64,000 nucleotides of DNA, from contig NC_092394.1 of NCBI RefSeq assembly GCF_030028105.1, forward strand, positions 22,359,939-22,423,938, read 5' to 3'. The stretch comes from Mobula birostris. Lineage: Eukaryota. Below the pieces are notes generated by a model. The model made no database searches and was not told the origin of the DNA. It saw only the letters and a program-made list of their open reading frames with translations. This document shows, one piece after another, positions 24,331-36,334 of the stretch. Both the position numbers and the translations under genes were made by a program. Position 1 is the stretch's first letter. Every line of letters starts with the position of its first letter.

Positions 24331-25307
24331 CCTCTAAACCTTTCCTATCCATGTAGTTGTCCCTGTTGTAGAACTTTATGCATCTCTATGAATCTATGGA
24401 TCCATATCTTTATAATGCAGGAAACAATGCATTTTCATTTGCATTGCACCTAAACATGTGCCTGAATTTCTGACAGCTGTGTTTCTATCTTCAATATATT
24501 CTAAAATTTAGACTGAGAAAAAGTAGAAAAAATTCTCCCTTCATAGCAATCAGCTAATCCTGACTAAAGTCTTCATTCTTTTCTATCTTTGTCAACATTT
24601 TTATTCTCACAAGCTTTGTAAAAATTCTGTTGTTTTGGCTAGATAATTATCAATTTGATGGTAAAGTAACAAGTGTATTCCCAAATCTGCTTTTTACCCA
24701 GCTTGGCATTTTAAGACTTGCGCGCCCCCCCCCCCCCCTTGGCCTTTCTTCCCAGAATTCCTTTTAGGTGTTTCCATTACCATTATAATACCTCTCAAAT
24801 ATTTGTGATTTTTTTTTAAAGCGAAAAACATTCATTAAACCAAAAATTCTCCACATTTTTTGGCACTCAAGCATGAAAGTTCATTAGAAATTATCTCTTT
24901 CTTATGTGCCTGCTTAAAATGGATAGGGTAAACTGGTGCAATAGGTTGAAAACTTTTGTTTCATCTCTTGACCCCTTTGATCAAATCCTGCCTACAGATG
25001 TGAATGAGATTTAGGTAGCTTCAATCAGTTTCTTAGACAAAAAGTGTAATAACTTCACCAAATTTAGTACTTAATTTGTAATTCCAAATTAACCACAGGA
25101 TGATCATTGATGGAAACAAAGGTTTTATTTTTTAAACTGGTGTCGTAAACTATGGAATGTCATACGTGTAATTGCTGAATTTAAAAGCAAAAGATCAAAG
25201 TCTCCCCCCCACCTCAATGAGTGTCCATCATCTTGGGCATCAAACATTTGTTGAAAAGCAGCTTATATTTGAAGATCTGTATTAAAAGGATTGTGCATAT
25301 TTTTTCT

Positions 25308-25545
25308 GGTGGCAGGATGGCGTAGTGGTTAGCGCAAGACTTTACGGTGCCAGCGATCCAGGTTCAATTCCCACAGCTCTGTCTATCAGGAGTTTATATG
25401 TTCTTCCCATGTGGGTTTTCTCCAAGTGCTCTGGTTTCCTCCCACAGTACAAAGATGTACTGGTTGGTAGGTTAAATTGTCATGTAGTTAGGTTAGGGGG
25501 TTGCCTGGCAGTATGGCCAGAACAAAATTTTCTCAAAAAAAATAA
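25308..25545 (+). mobile_element. tRNA-derived V-domain SINE (HE1-like)
   Basis: A box tggcgtagtgg, B box ggttcaattcc, V-domain core gtgggttttctccaagtgctctggtttcctcccaca and an A-rich tail. Confidence 0.75.
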
Positions 25546-27346
25546 ATAGATAAATAAAATTACTCATTTAGCACAATACTGCATCAAGGTGAGACATTGT
25601 TCATCAACTTGAAGTGCAGAAAGATGAGGTATTTTGACTGTAACTCATTATTTATTGTCCATAGGATCTGTACAACACGTTCTGAAGGAGTTTGTTTCGA
25701 CTTCAACACTTCAGTAATAATGGACTGCTCCCAGATATCTGATGCTATTTATTTTGGAATGCAGTCTCAGGCTGAGTCCTGGGATCAAGGATGATTTCTG
25801 TGGAGGCTGATAAGGCCAACACAGGAACTGTTTTCACTGACAGAGCAGATAGTTTTGTGATGTGTTATACTGCTGTCCCTGGTTTCACAAGACTTCCCAT
25901 GCACATTACAGCAGGGAGAATAAAGGGTGCAAAACAAGACTGCTGGAACAGGGAGGAAGAACTCAGCATGAGGCCATTAGTACATGGGAGAGACGTTTCC
26001 TGAAAACCCTCTGAGAAACTCACTAGGGAATAATGTGTGATGTGTATGATTTTTCATAACTGAAGAATCTTACTGAAATGTGTCATATTTTCTAGTTTTG
26101 CAGTACCTTCACAACATTGTCAAAGTCTCCAAGGTCATGAATGGTGAAATGTTGGCTCTGTTCCAGACAGTTTAGGTTATTTTCAAATTAGTGTAAGGGA
26201 GTTCATGGATATTCTCTGCTCCAAAAGAGCCATGTATATTTCATTCGTCTTTGCCAGTGAGCAGCATGCAGTGCTGCGCATGACTTCACAAGAGTTACAG
26301 TCTGCCCCAAGTTACAAGATACTCTTGACTATATTTGCTTCAGGTTATGATTTTTCAACTTGGAGAAATAGTGCAGATAGAAAGGATTCTGTTTCCTCAT
26401 TTTCTGCTGGCCTTATAGTCATCCACTGGGCATAATTTTATCATTCCACAGCAGTCTGCTGTGCCATTTGTGTTTGAACTTCCAAGACTCACTAGAGGGT
26501 AAAAGATAAAGACTTAATCATTTGGCCCTTGACTTGGAGTGTGATTCCCGCCCAAATGGCCATTGCATGTATAATATGAAGTGCTGTAGAGCAAAAATTG
26601 GGAATGTCCAGTCAATGATTTTGCTGCAGAGGTTTTGTTGTATTTGGCCAGTCTCAAGTTTCAGTGCAGTCCACTATATTCTGTACATTTTTGTTGTTAT
26701 AAATGCTTGTTTCTTGTGTCCCATTTTATAGCCAGCAGGGAGATGAGGCAAGTCAACCTAACCAGTTCGTCTTTGGTCTATCTCTGATAAACCCACCAAA
26801 TTATACTACCAATTAGTGCAGTGTCAATTCTTCATTTTAACCATGGATCTTATTTTTCTTCCCTCCACAGTGCATTAACTGTGCAGCCTCTGCTCTACTA
26901 TGTTGTGCCATGAGTCATTTTAGCAGGGTACAGTTACTGACTTCTGTTATCTACTACAGCCACATACATTTGTTTTTAAGAACAGGCCAGATTTAATCAG
27001 TACATGCTAATTTTAATTGATGCACACAAACCTGCACTTGCAATAAGGCAAATGAGGCAATTGACAGTGTAATTAGCACTGCTTGTGTTATAATGAAGAA
27101 GTAGCATAGACTTAATGTGCTAAGAATATCAGGTCGAATTTAGACGGGGTCATCACAACACATAATTTCTTTGTGTCTTTATAGGGATATACAATTTTTG
27201 TCTCAAATTGATTTTAAATGGGATCCTTCAGCTTAAATTGTCTTTTTACTTATTTTATTACAGCTAGTCTAGGATTGCTAGATTAGAGTGGGCAGAGCCA
27301 ATCAAATTGCCTATTTTGCCTAGTTAGTGCCAAGGTATTTGGTAAT

Positions 27347-27501
27347 ACACAGAAAATGCTGGGGGAACTCAGCAGGTCAGGCAGCATCTATGGAAAAGAG
27401 TAAAACGTCGACTATTTACTCTTTTCCATCGATGCTGCCAGACCTGAGTTCCTCCAGCAGTTTGTATGGGTTGCTTTTGATTTCCAGCATCTTTTGTGTT
27501 T
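27347..27501. mobile_element. Penelope-derived fold-back mini-element
   Basis: ~55-bp inverted arms (27347-27404 / 27415-27468) of the Penelope terminal sequence. Imperfect TSD gtatttggtaat / gtacttagtaat. Confidence 0.75.
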
Positions 27502-28004
27502 GTACTTAGTAATGCCTGAAGAATATGTAAAGGTGTTCTTCAGGTGGGTATATTCGAACTTGCTGATTATCAGCCACCTTAGTGCATTATTGGCCTGTCA
27601 GTAGGATTGTCAATGATACATGTGAACAATGGACTTTTGGGTAAAGTTTGCATAATGGGATGGGATAAAATACTAAAACTGAGATACTCCCCTTGCTCAA
27701 AACCAACCAATTGTCCAGAAGTATCAGATTATTGTTTTATAATGGGCACATTAATAATGTTTACATTAGTAAAGTGGAATAGTAGATAGATCTAACTGCA
27801 TTTGTTACCAGTTTTTTAAAAACATTAATTGTATGTGTAATAACGTACTTAACAAATAAAATCTATGAGCTGGAAAATAACAAGTATACTACTTATTGAA
27901 ATGGATCACCTTGCTTTTGCATGAGTGTCTGTTACCTGAGTACATCATTAGTCCTTAAGAAAGAAATTTATAAACATGTCTTTTCAATCCATGTCTTGAA
28001 ACAG

Positions 28005-28112
28005 TGAATGTGATTCAGACACAGACTCTGAAGTTGAAAAACGTGTAGATGGTGTCAAGTCCTGGCTGTCAAAGAACAAGGGCTCAGATGATGGAAGCCT
28101 AAAAAGCTCAAG
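28005..28112 (+). CDS. MYO18A: MYO18A exon ([35 protein letters not shown]), phase 2-2
   Basis: Acceptor gaaacag ends at 28004 and donor AAG|gttagt starts at 28113; 108 nt. The motif [14 protein letters not shown] is characteristic of MYO18A. Confidence 0.93.
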
Positions 28113-28482
28113 GTTAGTCTAAAATTAATTCATAACGTTTTCTATACACTGCTTTGATTCTGAAATATACACAGTGACATTCTCAGTAATGATATCTTAA
28201 AAGATCTAATTGAGTATTATTTTCCTACCTTAATAAATGCAAAATGAAGATGGCTTTCCAATTTATTGCAGTAAAAAAATAAACTGTTGTTATGGATTTA
28301 CATTCCAGATACCATGAAAATTGAGCCATTACAAGTGCCTACTTCAAAAGCTATTTTTGAATGTTTTTCCTTTATCTTTTTGTTTAACTGACTGTTACTG
28401 TTTTATTTATTCTATGTATTCTACTTTATAATTCATTTACCTTGATCTTCTTTTCCTTTGTTTCCCATCTTCTTGTAATCAG

Positions 28483-29866
28483 ATTTTCTGTTAGTTTAGA
28501 CCTGAAAGAGGGGAAGGAAGGAAAGGAATTAAAGGAAGGGAGAGAAGTGGAGGACTCTAGACCTGCTTCTGTAATGAGTTCCCTCAGCTACCGTAAACGA
28601 GGGAATATGAAGGATTCTCTCAGTGGTAAAAGTAATAATGATTCTCTTCTCTCAACACTAAGTAAAGAACGATCAATGTCACCCGAGAGATCATTTCGAA
28701 AAGCAAAGAAAGCCACCAGTACAGACAATTTAAATGACAGCTTTTCTACTACTTCATGGAAAAAACTCCAAGCAGCTGATGACTTGGATGATGGGGGATC
28801 TGTTATTTCTCAGGCATATTCAGAGGCAACGAGTAGAGCAAGGAAAGGATTAGATAGGAGATGGGCCTTGACCAGTCCTGACTTTGACAAAGCTTCTACT
28901 GTTTCAGTTCCTGTAAGCCGAGCTTCCATAAGACGTAGTTTGGAAGCTGACGATGATGCAAAATCATCTGTGAGTTTTGCTTTAACCAGTCCTCCATCCA
29001 GTTTGAGACGAAGCCTTTCAAGGCTCGATGATAATCATAGTGATGTGTACAGTCCAGTTAGTCCTTTGCTCAACCGTAGATCAGAATTAGGACTACAAAG
29101 CTCAACCCTTAGTCATTTAGACGCAAGATTATCCATTTCAAAAAGTAGATTTGGTGAGTTGGAAGATGATGATGCTGCACCAAGTGTGGCACTAAGTGAA
29201 AGGTCATTATATAGTCAGCACTCTGTAGGGCGAAGTTTCAGTGTTCCTCCCAGACCTAGATCATCTGTTTCAGATGAAGTGCCATCAGAAAGTTCTAATG
29301 TTAAGCCAGTAGGTCACCGGAATTATTTGGATCCAGATTTAGAGGCTGCCATTAATGAGGTTCTGGATTATAAACCAATTACATTTAAAAGAAGTAGTCT
29401 AGACCCAGAATCTGATGAGAATGAAGAAGAAATGAATAAGCAATCAACCAGCCTTCGAAGGTCATCATCCTCTTTAGATGTAAGTAAGTCCCAAAATAAG
29501 AAATGCAAAAGCAAGAAAAGCAGAAGTTCTGATTCTGAGTCATCCTCATCAGAAGAGGAGCACCGAAAGAAGGGCTCCAAGAAGCATTCTAAAAAGTCTA
29601 AGAAAAGATCAAGAAAGAAGGAAAGTGATTCTGAATCATCAGAATCATCCAGTTCCTCCTCTTCAGGCTCAACAGTCTCATATCGAAGTATCAACAGTGT
29701 CAAACGAAATGCAAAGAAAAGAGAAACTTATTCACAAGGTGATGATGGTAAGGAAGATAAAACAGATGAAAATTCTGGAAAGAAAATGAAGAAAAGTGAC
29801 AAGAAGAGAATGAAACAAGTAGACAGTGTGATGATGAAGTACTTGTACAGACCAGAGAGTGAATAA
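28483..29866 (+). CDS. MYO18A: MYO18A large alternative C-terminal exon, ~460 aa Ser/Lys-rich tail (Myo18A-gamma-like), ending VDSVMMKYLYRPESE*
   Basis: A long polypyrimidine tract and cag end at 28482. The phase-2 join to 28112 (AG+A = Arg) enters the 474-aa ORF 28442-29866 in frame. An uninterrupted 1.4-kb ORF in AT-rich DNA is unlikely by chance. The striated-muscle Myo18A-gamma isoform is known to have a long Ser-rich C-terminus. Confidence 0.85.
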
Positions 29867-30496
29867 TGAAGTAGGTTTCTATGAATCTGTGTGAATCTGG
29901 ACAAAAGCTGCATGCTTAACCTTTAATTCACCTTCTCTAAATTACTAATATTAGAAAAAAAACTAAGTTTTTCAGTTAACAATGTGTTCTGCAGCAATTG
30001 AGAAATGGCATGGGGTGGAATTGGGTTGTAGTTTGGGATAGGTATGGGACTGAATTCAGATCCAGCTTTTATTTGTGGGATAAAAGTCTCTGTTTGAGAT
30101 ATTATGAGGGTCTTATGTTAAATGAGTTGGGATGATTCAATCAATTCCTAATGGGTGTGGGTCTACAGCAGAGCCCTGAGTGTAATTAGGTTCTATTTGG
30201 TAATTACATAATTGCAGAGGCTACAGAATGGGCAGTGGGTGAAATTAATAAAATATCAGTGCAGAAACAAGTAAGCTACTGAGGTTGATGCAGAAAAGAG
30301 GAAGCTTTATGTTGCAACTTACTGCCATATACCGGGTAGAAGTAATTTTAATCTTGATGATCAGTAAAAGGGGATGTTTCAGATGAATGTCTATTTATTG
30401 GTGTCAAGTGAAGTGTGACTAAAATTGGGTGGGAGGCATTAACATAAGGTCACAAACCTAAATCCATATTTCTCTCCACTAAAAAAGAAAGACAGA

Positions 30497-32933
30497 AGAC
30501 CATAAGACATGGGAGCAGAATTGGGCCACTCAGCCCATTAAGTCTGCTCCGCCATTTCACATTGGCAGCTTTATTATCTTTCTCAAAACTATTCTCCTGC
30601 CTTCTCTCTGTAATCTTTACAGCCCTGACTAATCAAGAACCTATCAATCTCTGCTTTAAATATACTCAACGATTTGGCCTTCACAACTATCTGTGGCAAT
30701 AAATTCCGCAGATTCACCAGCCTCTGGCTAAAGAAATTCCTTATCATCTTTGTTCGAAATAGACATTCCTCTATTCTGAGTCTGCATTCTTTGGTCCCTG
30801 TTCCCTCAACACTACCCTGCCCCTCCACTATCTTTGTATCGTTGCAAATGTGGCCAGAAAGCCATCAATTCCATCATCCAAATCATTGACATACTGTGAA
30901 AAGAAGCAGTCCCAATACCGAACCATGCCAGACAACACTTCTCACTGCTAGCCAACCAGAATAGGCCCCATTTATTCCCTTCTGCCAGTTAGCCAATCTG
31001 CTATCCATGCTAGTATCTTTCCTGTAATACCATGAGCTCTTATTTTGTTAAGCACCCTCATGCATGTCACCTCGTCAATGGCCTTATGAAAATCCAAGTA
31101 AACAATATCCATTCTTTGCCTATCCTGCCTGTCATTTCCTCAAAGGATTCCAACAGATTTGTCAGGCAAGGTTTTCCCTTAAGGAAACTATGCTGACCTT
31201 AGCCTATCTTATCACGTACCCCCAAGTACCCAAAACGACATCTTTAATAATGGACTCCAGCATCTTCCCAACCACTGAAGTCAGGCTAACTATCCTATAA
31301 TTTACTTTCTTCTTAAAGAGCAGAATGACATTTGCAATTTTCCAATGCTGTGGAACCATTCCAGAATCTAGTGATCCCTGAAAGATTATTACGAATACCT
31401 CCACAATCTCTTTAACTATCGCTTTCAGAACCCTGCTGTGTAGTCCATCTAGTCCATGTGACTTATCCACCTTCAGACCGTTCAGCTTCCTAAGTACTTT
31501 CTTCTTAGAAATAGCAACTACACTCACTTTTGCCCCTGACACACTTGAATTTCTGGTATACTGTTGTTTTTTTTCCACAGTGAAGACTGATGCAAAATAC
31601 TTAAGTTCCATTTCTTTGTTCCCACGTTACTACCTCTCCAGTGTCATTTTCCAGCTATCCAAAATCCACTCTGGCCTCTTTTTTACTTTTTCTGTATCTG
31701 AAAAACTTTTCGTATCCTCTGATATTTTTGGCTCTGTTACCTTTTATATTTAATTTTTTCTCTCCTTATCGTTTGTTAGTTGCTTCTGTTGGTTTTTAAA
31801 ATTTTCCCAATCCTCGAACTTCCCACTAACTTTTGCAATATTGTATGCCTTCTCTTTTGCTTTTATACTACCGTTAACTTCGCTTGTCACCTTTGGTTGC
31901 CACACCCTCGCCTTAGAGTACATTTTCATCTTCGAGATGTATCTATCCTGCACCTTCCAAATTGTCCCCAGAAACTTCAGCCATTGCTGTTCTACTGTCA
32001 ACTCTCCTGCTGTCTCCTTCCATTTAATTTTGGCCAGCTCCTCTCTCATGCCTCTGTAATTCCCTTTACTCCACTATAATACTGACACATCTAACTTTAT
32101 CTTCACCCTCTCAAACTGCGGGGTGAATTCTATCATATTATGATCACTGCCTCCTGTGGATTCCTTTACCTTAAGCTCCCTATTCAAATCTGGTTCATTA
32201 CACAACATCCAATCCAGCCTTTCCCCTAGTGGGCTCAACCACAAGCTGCTCTAAAAAGCCATCCCATAGGCATTCTACAAATACCCTCTCTACCTACATA
32301 TAGAAATCCCCCTTGACTATCATAATATTATCCTTTTTACATGCCTTTTCTATTTGCCATTGAAATTTATATCCCATATCCTGGCTACTGTTCGAGGGCC
32401 TTCCATCAGGGCCTTTTTACCCTTGCGGTTTCTTAACATGACTCACAAGGATTCTGCATCTTTTGAGCTGATGTCATCTCTTTCTAAGGATTTGATTTCA
32501 TTTTTCTTAAACCAACAGAGCCACCCCACGTACTCTGCCTATATGCTTGTCCTTTCAATACAAGGTGTATTTCTCAGATGTTGAACTCCCAACTATGATC
32601 TTTTTTCATCCACAACTCTGATAACTACACCATCATACTTGCCAAGCTCTTAACTATGCTATAAGATCATCTGCCTTAATCCTTATACTGCATGCATTCA
32701 AATATAAAACTTTCAGTCCTGTATTCATCAACCTTTTTGATTTTGACCTCACGTTACACTTCATCTCATCCCAATGACTGCAATTTCATCCTGTCCATCC
32801 TCAGTCTCATTATACACTCCAATTTGTATACCAACTGCCCTGTCCCCAGCACTATCACTCTAGTTCCCATCCCCCTGCCAACTTAGTTTAAAACCTCTAA
32901 CAGCTCTAGCGAACATGTCCGCAAGTATATTGC
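30497..32933 (-). mobile_element. Degenerate CR1 LINE (end of ORF1, APE-RT, 3' end; internally deleted)
   Basis: ORF fragments 31204-31611 (NYRIVSLTSVVGKMLE), 31750-32049 and 30589-30828 (RNFFSQRLVNL). Confidence 0.85.
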
Positions 32934-34524
32934 AAGGAAGCACTCAACAGACTAAGTCACTTCAGTTGAGAAACCTAGTAAAGGAATTTTTAAAAATGAG
33001 GAAGAAAACAGGTTTAAAGTTACAAATAAAGGTGCAATGGAGACAAGAGGGATTAGGGTATGGAGAAAAAATGTAAAGGGAACAATAACTTTTAAGAACC
33101 TGTATTGACATACAAAAGAGAAAGTAAGGAATTGCATTGAAACTGAAAGATACAGTCTCTTGTGGGGGAGGCAAATAAAAGGGGGCTGGATAGCAGTAGG
33201 AAAGAGGTAAAAAAGGAAATTGTTGTCTCAGTTGTGGTTGTATGGAAAAGTGCCACGTGAAATTCAGTTGTTGGTGAAGGTCAAAGTGTGCACTAGAAAT
33301 TGCAAATGATATGGAGAATTTAGAATGCTAAAGGGAAGGTGAAGTGAGGGCAAGGGAGATGTCTGGTAGTGAAATTTTGTGGAAGGTCATGGAAATTATG
33401 GAGGATCATCTAATGAATGTGGATGTTTGCAGATGATGACAAGAAGAACCTAATTATTCTTCTGGGTTGTGTGTGAGGGGTGCAATCACATTTTTCTGTC
33501 CAGTAGGATAGGTTAATATTAGCCCGGGGATTCTGAAATGAGATATTTTCTGGCACTTTCATTCCTCATCTTAATGAATGTATGGAAATGCATGGTTTCT
33601 TTTATTCTGAAATAACTTTAAACTATCTTCAGCAATATTAACATCCTTAACATTAAGTACTAAATGTGTGTGGTGGAATATTTTATCCAATTTCCTTGAT
33701 GTGGAAGTTACTGTTTGTATTATTTTCCTCCTCACACCTTTTCATCTTTAGGTTTAAGTCTTGCAAAATAGGGTGGTAGAAGATTAAAGGCTTACTATTT
33801 ATGATTCTACTGTCCTAAAGTTATAGACATTGCACAAGTTCATTTTCAACCAGCACTGAACCTTTATTCCATAATATACCAGATTTTATCTCAATATAAT
33901 TGAGAAATTATGTAGTAATAGTTGTCAAGGTTAACAATATTTAACAACAACTTGCAAAATTACTGGTGGCTGATACATATGCCTCAAAATATATTGTAGC
34001 TGCTTGCTACCTAGCATTCTTAACTTTGATAAGTGGGTTAGTTATATCTGTGGCATGATGCTGGTTGCAGTTCACTGAATAGTTAATGTGTTCTAGTCTA
34101 CCCAAAAGGAAAGCTGAAATCAGCTCTCTTATGTTTAAAGTAGAATTACTGCTAATTTTCAGTGGTTAGCTTGGTATTCTGTAGCTCAACATTGCATTAA
34201 ATTTCTGGTAGATAAGTTAACAGAAACTAATCCAGTAACTTATTCTTACACATTTATATAAAGAGCAAAATGATAGTAAAACTCCAATAAACTAGCATCA
34301 GATTGTTCAGAAATCCTGAAGGTCAATCCATAATGGGAGGTGAGGATCTAGAGAACGAGTGAGGTGTGCAATTGGATCAAGAGTCCAGAAAGCAGCCAGG
34401 TTTGGGACCTGACTGTGAGTCAGGTGTACAGTCAGAGCCAGAGTTGGGGCCCAGAACACCAGAGGCGAGGAACTTGGGAAGATTTGCAACTGGGGCCAGG
34501 GTCTCGTACTGGTAGATTTCCTAA

Positions 34525-35245
34525 GCACAAGAGATACTGTAGATGCTGGAAATCTCGAGCAGCACACACAATACTAGTGGAACTCAGCATGTCATGCAGC
34601 AATTATGGAGAGAAATAAATAATCAACATTTCTGGTTGATGAAGGGTGATGGTCAAGAACCATGAGATAATGTTGCAGCTCTGTAAAATTCTAGTTAGAA
34701 CACACTTGAGTTCTGCATTCAGTTCTGATCACCTCATTATACAATAGATGTGGAAGTTTTAGAGGAGAATTACCAGGATGTCAGCTGGATTGGAGGACAT
34801 GTCTTATGAGGAAAAGTTAGGCATGGTATGATATTTTTCTTTAGAGGAAAAGAGAATGAGAGGAGACTTGATAGTAGTGTACAAGATGATAAAAGGCTTA
34901 GAGTAGACAACCAGCATCTTTTCTCCAGGGCAGCAATGACTAATAGGAGAGGACATACTTTTAAGATGATTGGAGGAAAGTATATGAAGGATATCAGACA
35001 TGGGTTACTTACACAGTGAGTGGTGGTAGAGGCAGATAAATTAGGGACATTTAAGATAGGCACGTGGATGAAAGAAAAATGAAGACTGTGGGAGGGAAGG
35101 GTTAAGATTGAATTTGGAGTACTTTAAAATGTTGACACAATATCATGCGCCAAAGAGCCTGTACTGTACTGTACAGTTCTATATTTTATTCCCCTCCTTA
35201 GATACTCCCTGATTTGCTGAGTTTTCCAATATTTTGTGTGTGTAA
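34525..35245. mobile_element. Penelope fold-back remnant split by a CR1 3' fragment (~34655-35185, +)
   Basis: The left arm is at 34527-34645 and the right arm at ~35190-35243. A CR1 3' end lies between them. Confidence 0.6.
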
Positions 35246-35644
35246 TGTATTTCCTGCTCCTTGAAAACTCATTGGGTTCACCAGAAAATTTATTGTACTA
35301 TTTTGCAGTATGTTAAAAATTTGAAGTAAAAGTTGACTTAGGTATCCAATTGTATGCTAGACTGGCATCACCAAAGTCCCAATGGTGCTAGATTATTGGA
35401 GTTTTAATATATATGTGTTTTTGTCCTTTTATAACCTCTACAAGCACAAACAGTTGATACTTGCTGAAACTTTAATGCACATTTTGAAGCTGGAAGTACA
35501 TCAAAACTGTGAAATTGTGCCAGGGAAGTTTTAACCCAATATTGATATGCAGTCAATATTGCATCAATATATTTTATTCCCTTGCATGACAATTTTTTGT
35601 AATAATCTCTCCAACCCCTCCCATTCCATTCCCATCTGTTTCAG

Positions 35645-35792
35645 TCCTCCTTTATATCGTCGACACATAACTGTTGATGACTCTGATGATAACATGGATG
35701 GTGTGGAAGACTACTTCAAATCCAGGTTGGCAACAAGACGACCTCTAAGCAACAATGATAGTGACAGCAAAATTGTGGACTCAAATGCATAG
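35645..35792 (+). CDS. MYO18A: MYO18A canonical terminal coding exon ((S)PPLYRRH...DSDSKIVDSNA*)
   Basis: Acceptor ccatctgtttcag ends at 35644, with a phase-2 join in frame and stop TAG at 35790-35792. The ending SDSKIVDSNA resembles the mammalian ending SDTEAKLTETNA (from memory). Confidence 0.88.
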
Positions 35793-36309
35793 CAACAATC
35801 ATGGTTCTCTAACAACATGTTCATACTAACTAAAAAAGTACAGCAAGTGACATTTGAATTCCTGGGATTTTACTTCAGTGTTAAACTATAATAATGGTAA
35901 AAACTGAAACAGGATGAATGAAGTATTGGTATAATTTTGGTTAAAGAAAAGTTTGCATGATTTTGATGGGCTGCATTTACTTGAAACTTAATTTGGTGTA
36001 CTTGGATTGGTATTTCTTACAAATATGGATGCTGCTGCTTTCATTTGAACATTTTGGAACCTTGAAATACATGGGTTTATGTTTGTCTCCCTATAGCTTT
36101 GGCTGAAATTTCTTATAATTGCTTGCTTTCAAATTCTAATTTAAATTTGACATCTCTGGTTGGATTTAGGGTGCCTCTGAGGTTTACATGTAATTTTTAC
36201 CTAAGCCAAAGATCAGCTTTTCTTATTCAGCTGTGGTAAACTGGAAACACAAACTAAAATAATAGCAAAACAAAGCAACTATTGGCTTCAGACTTTTTTT
36301 CCTTTTGAG

Positions 36310-36334
36310 GTGTGTGTGTGTGTGTGTGTGTGTG
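36310..36334 (+). repeat. (GT)12 microsatellite in the 3' UTR
   Basis: Direct reading of the sequence. Confidence 0.95.

Noticed and set aside
25308-25375. tRNA-like A and B boxes
   Set aside because: They continue into a V-domain SINE body and no complete cloverleaf is evident, so this is a SINE head and not a tRNA gene.
29368-29703. Antisense 111-aa ORF over the gamma exon
   Set aside because: Shadow ORF of a low-complexity coding strand.
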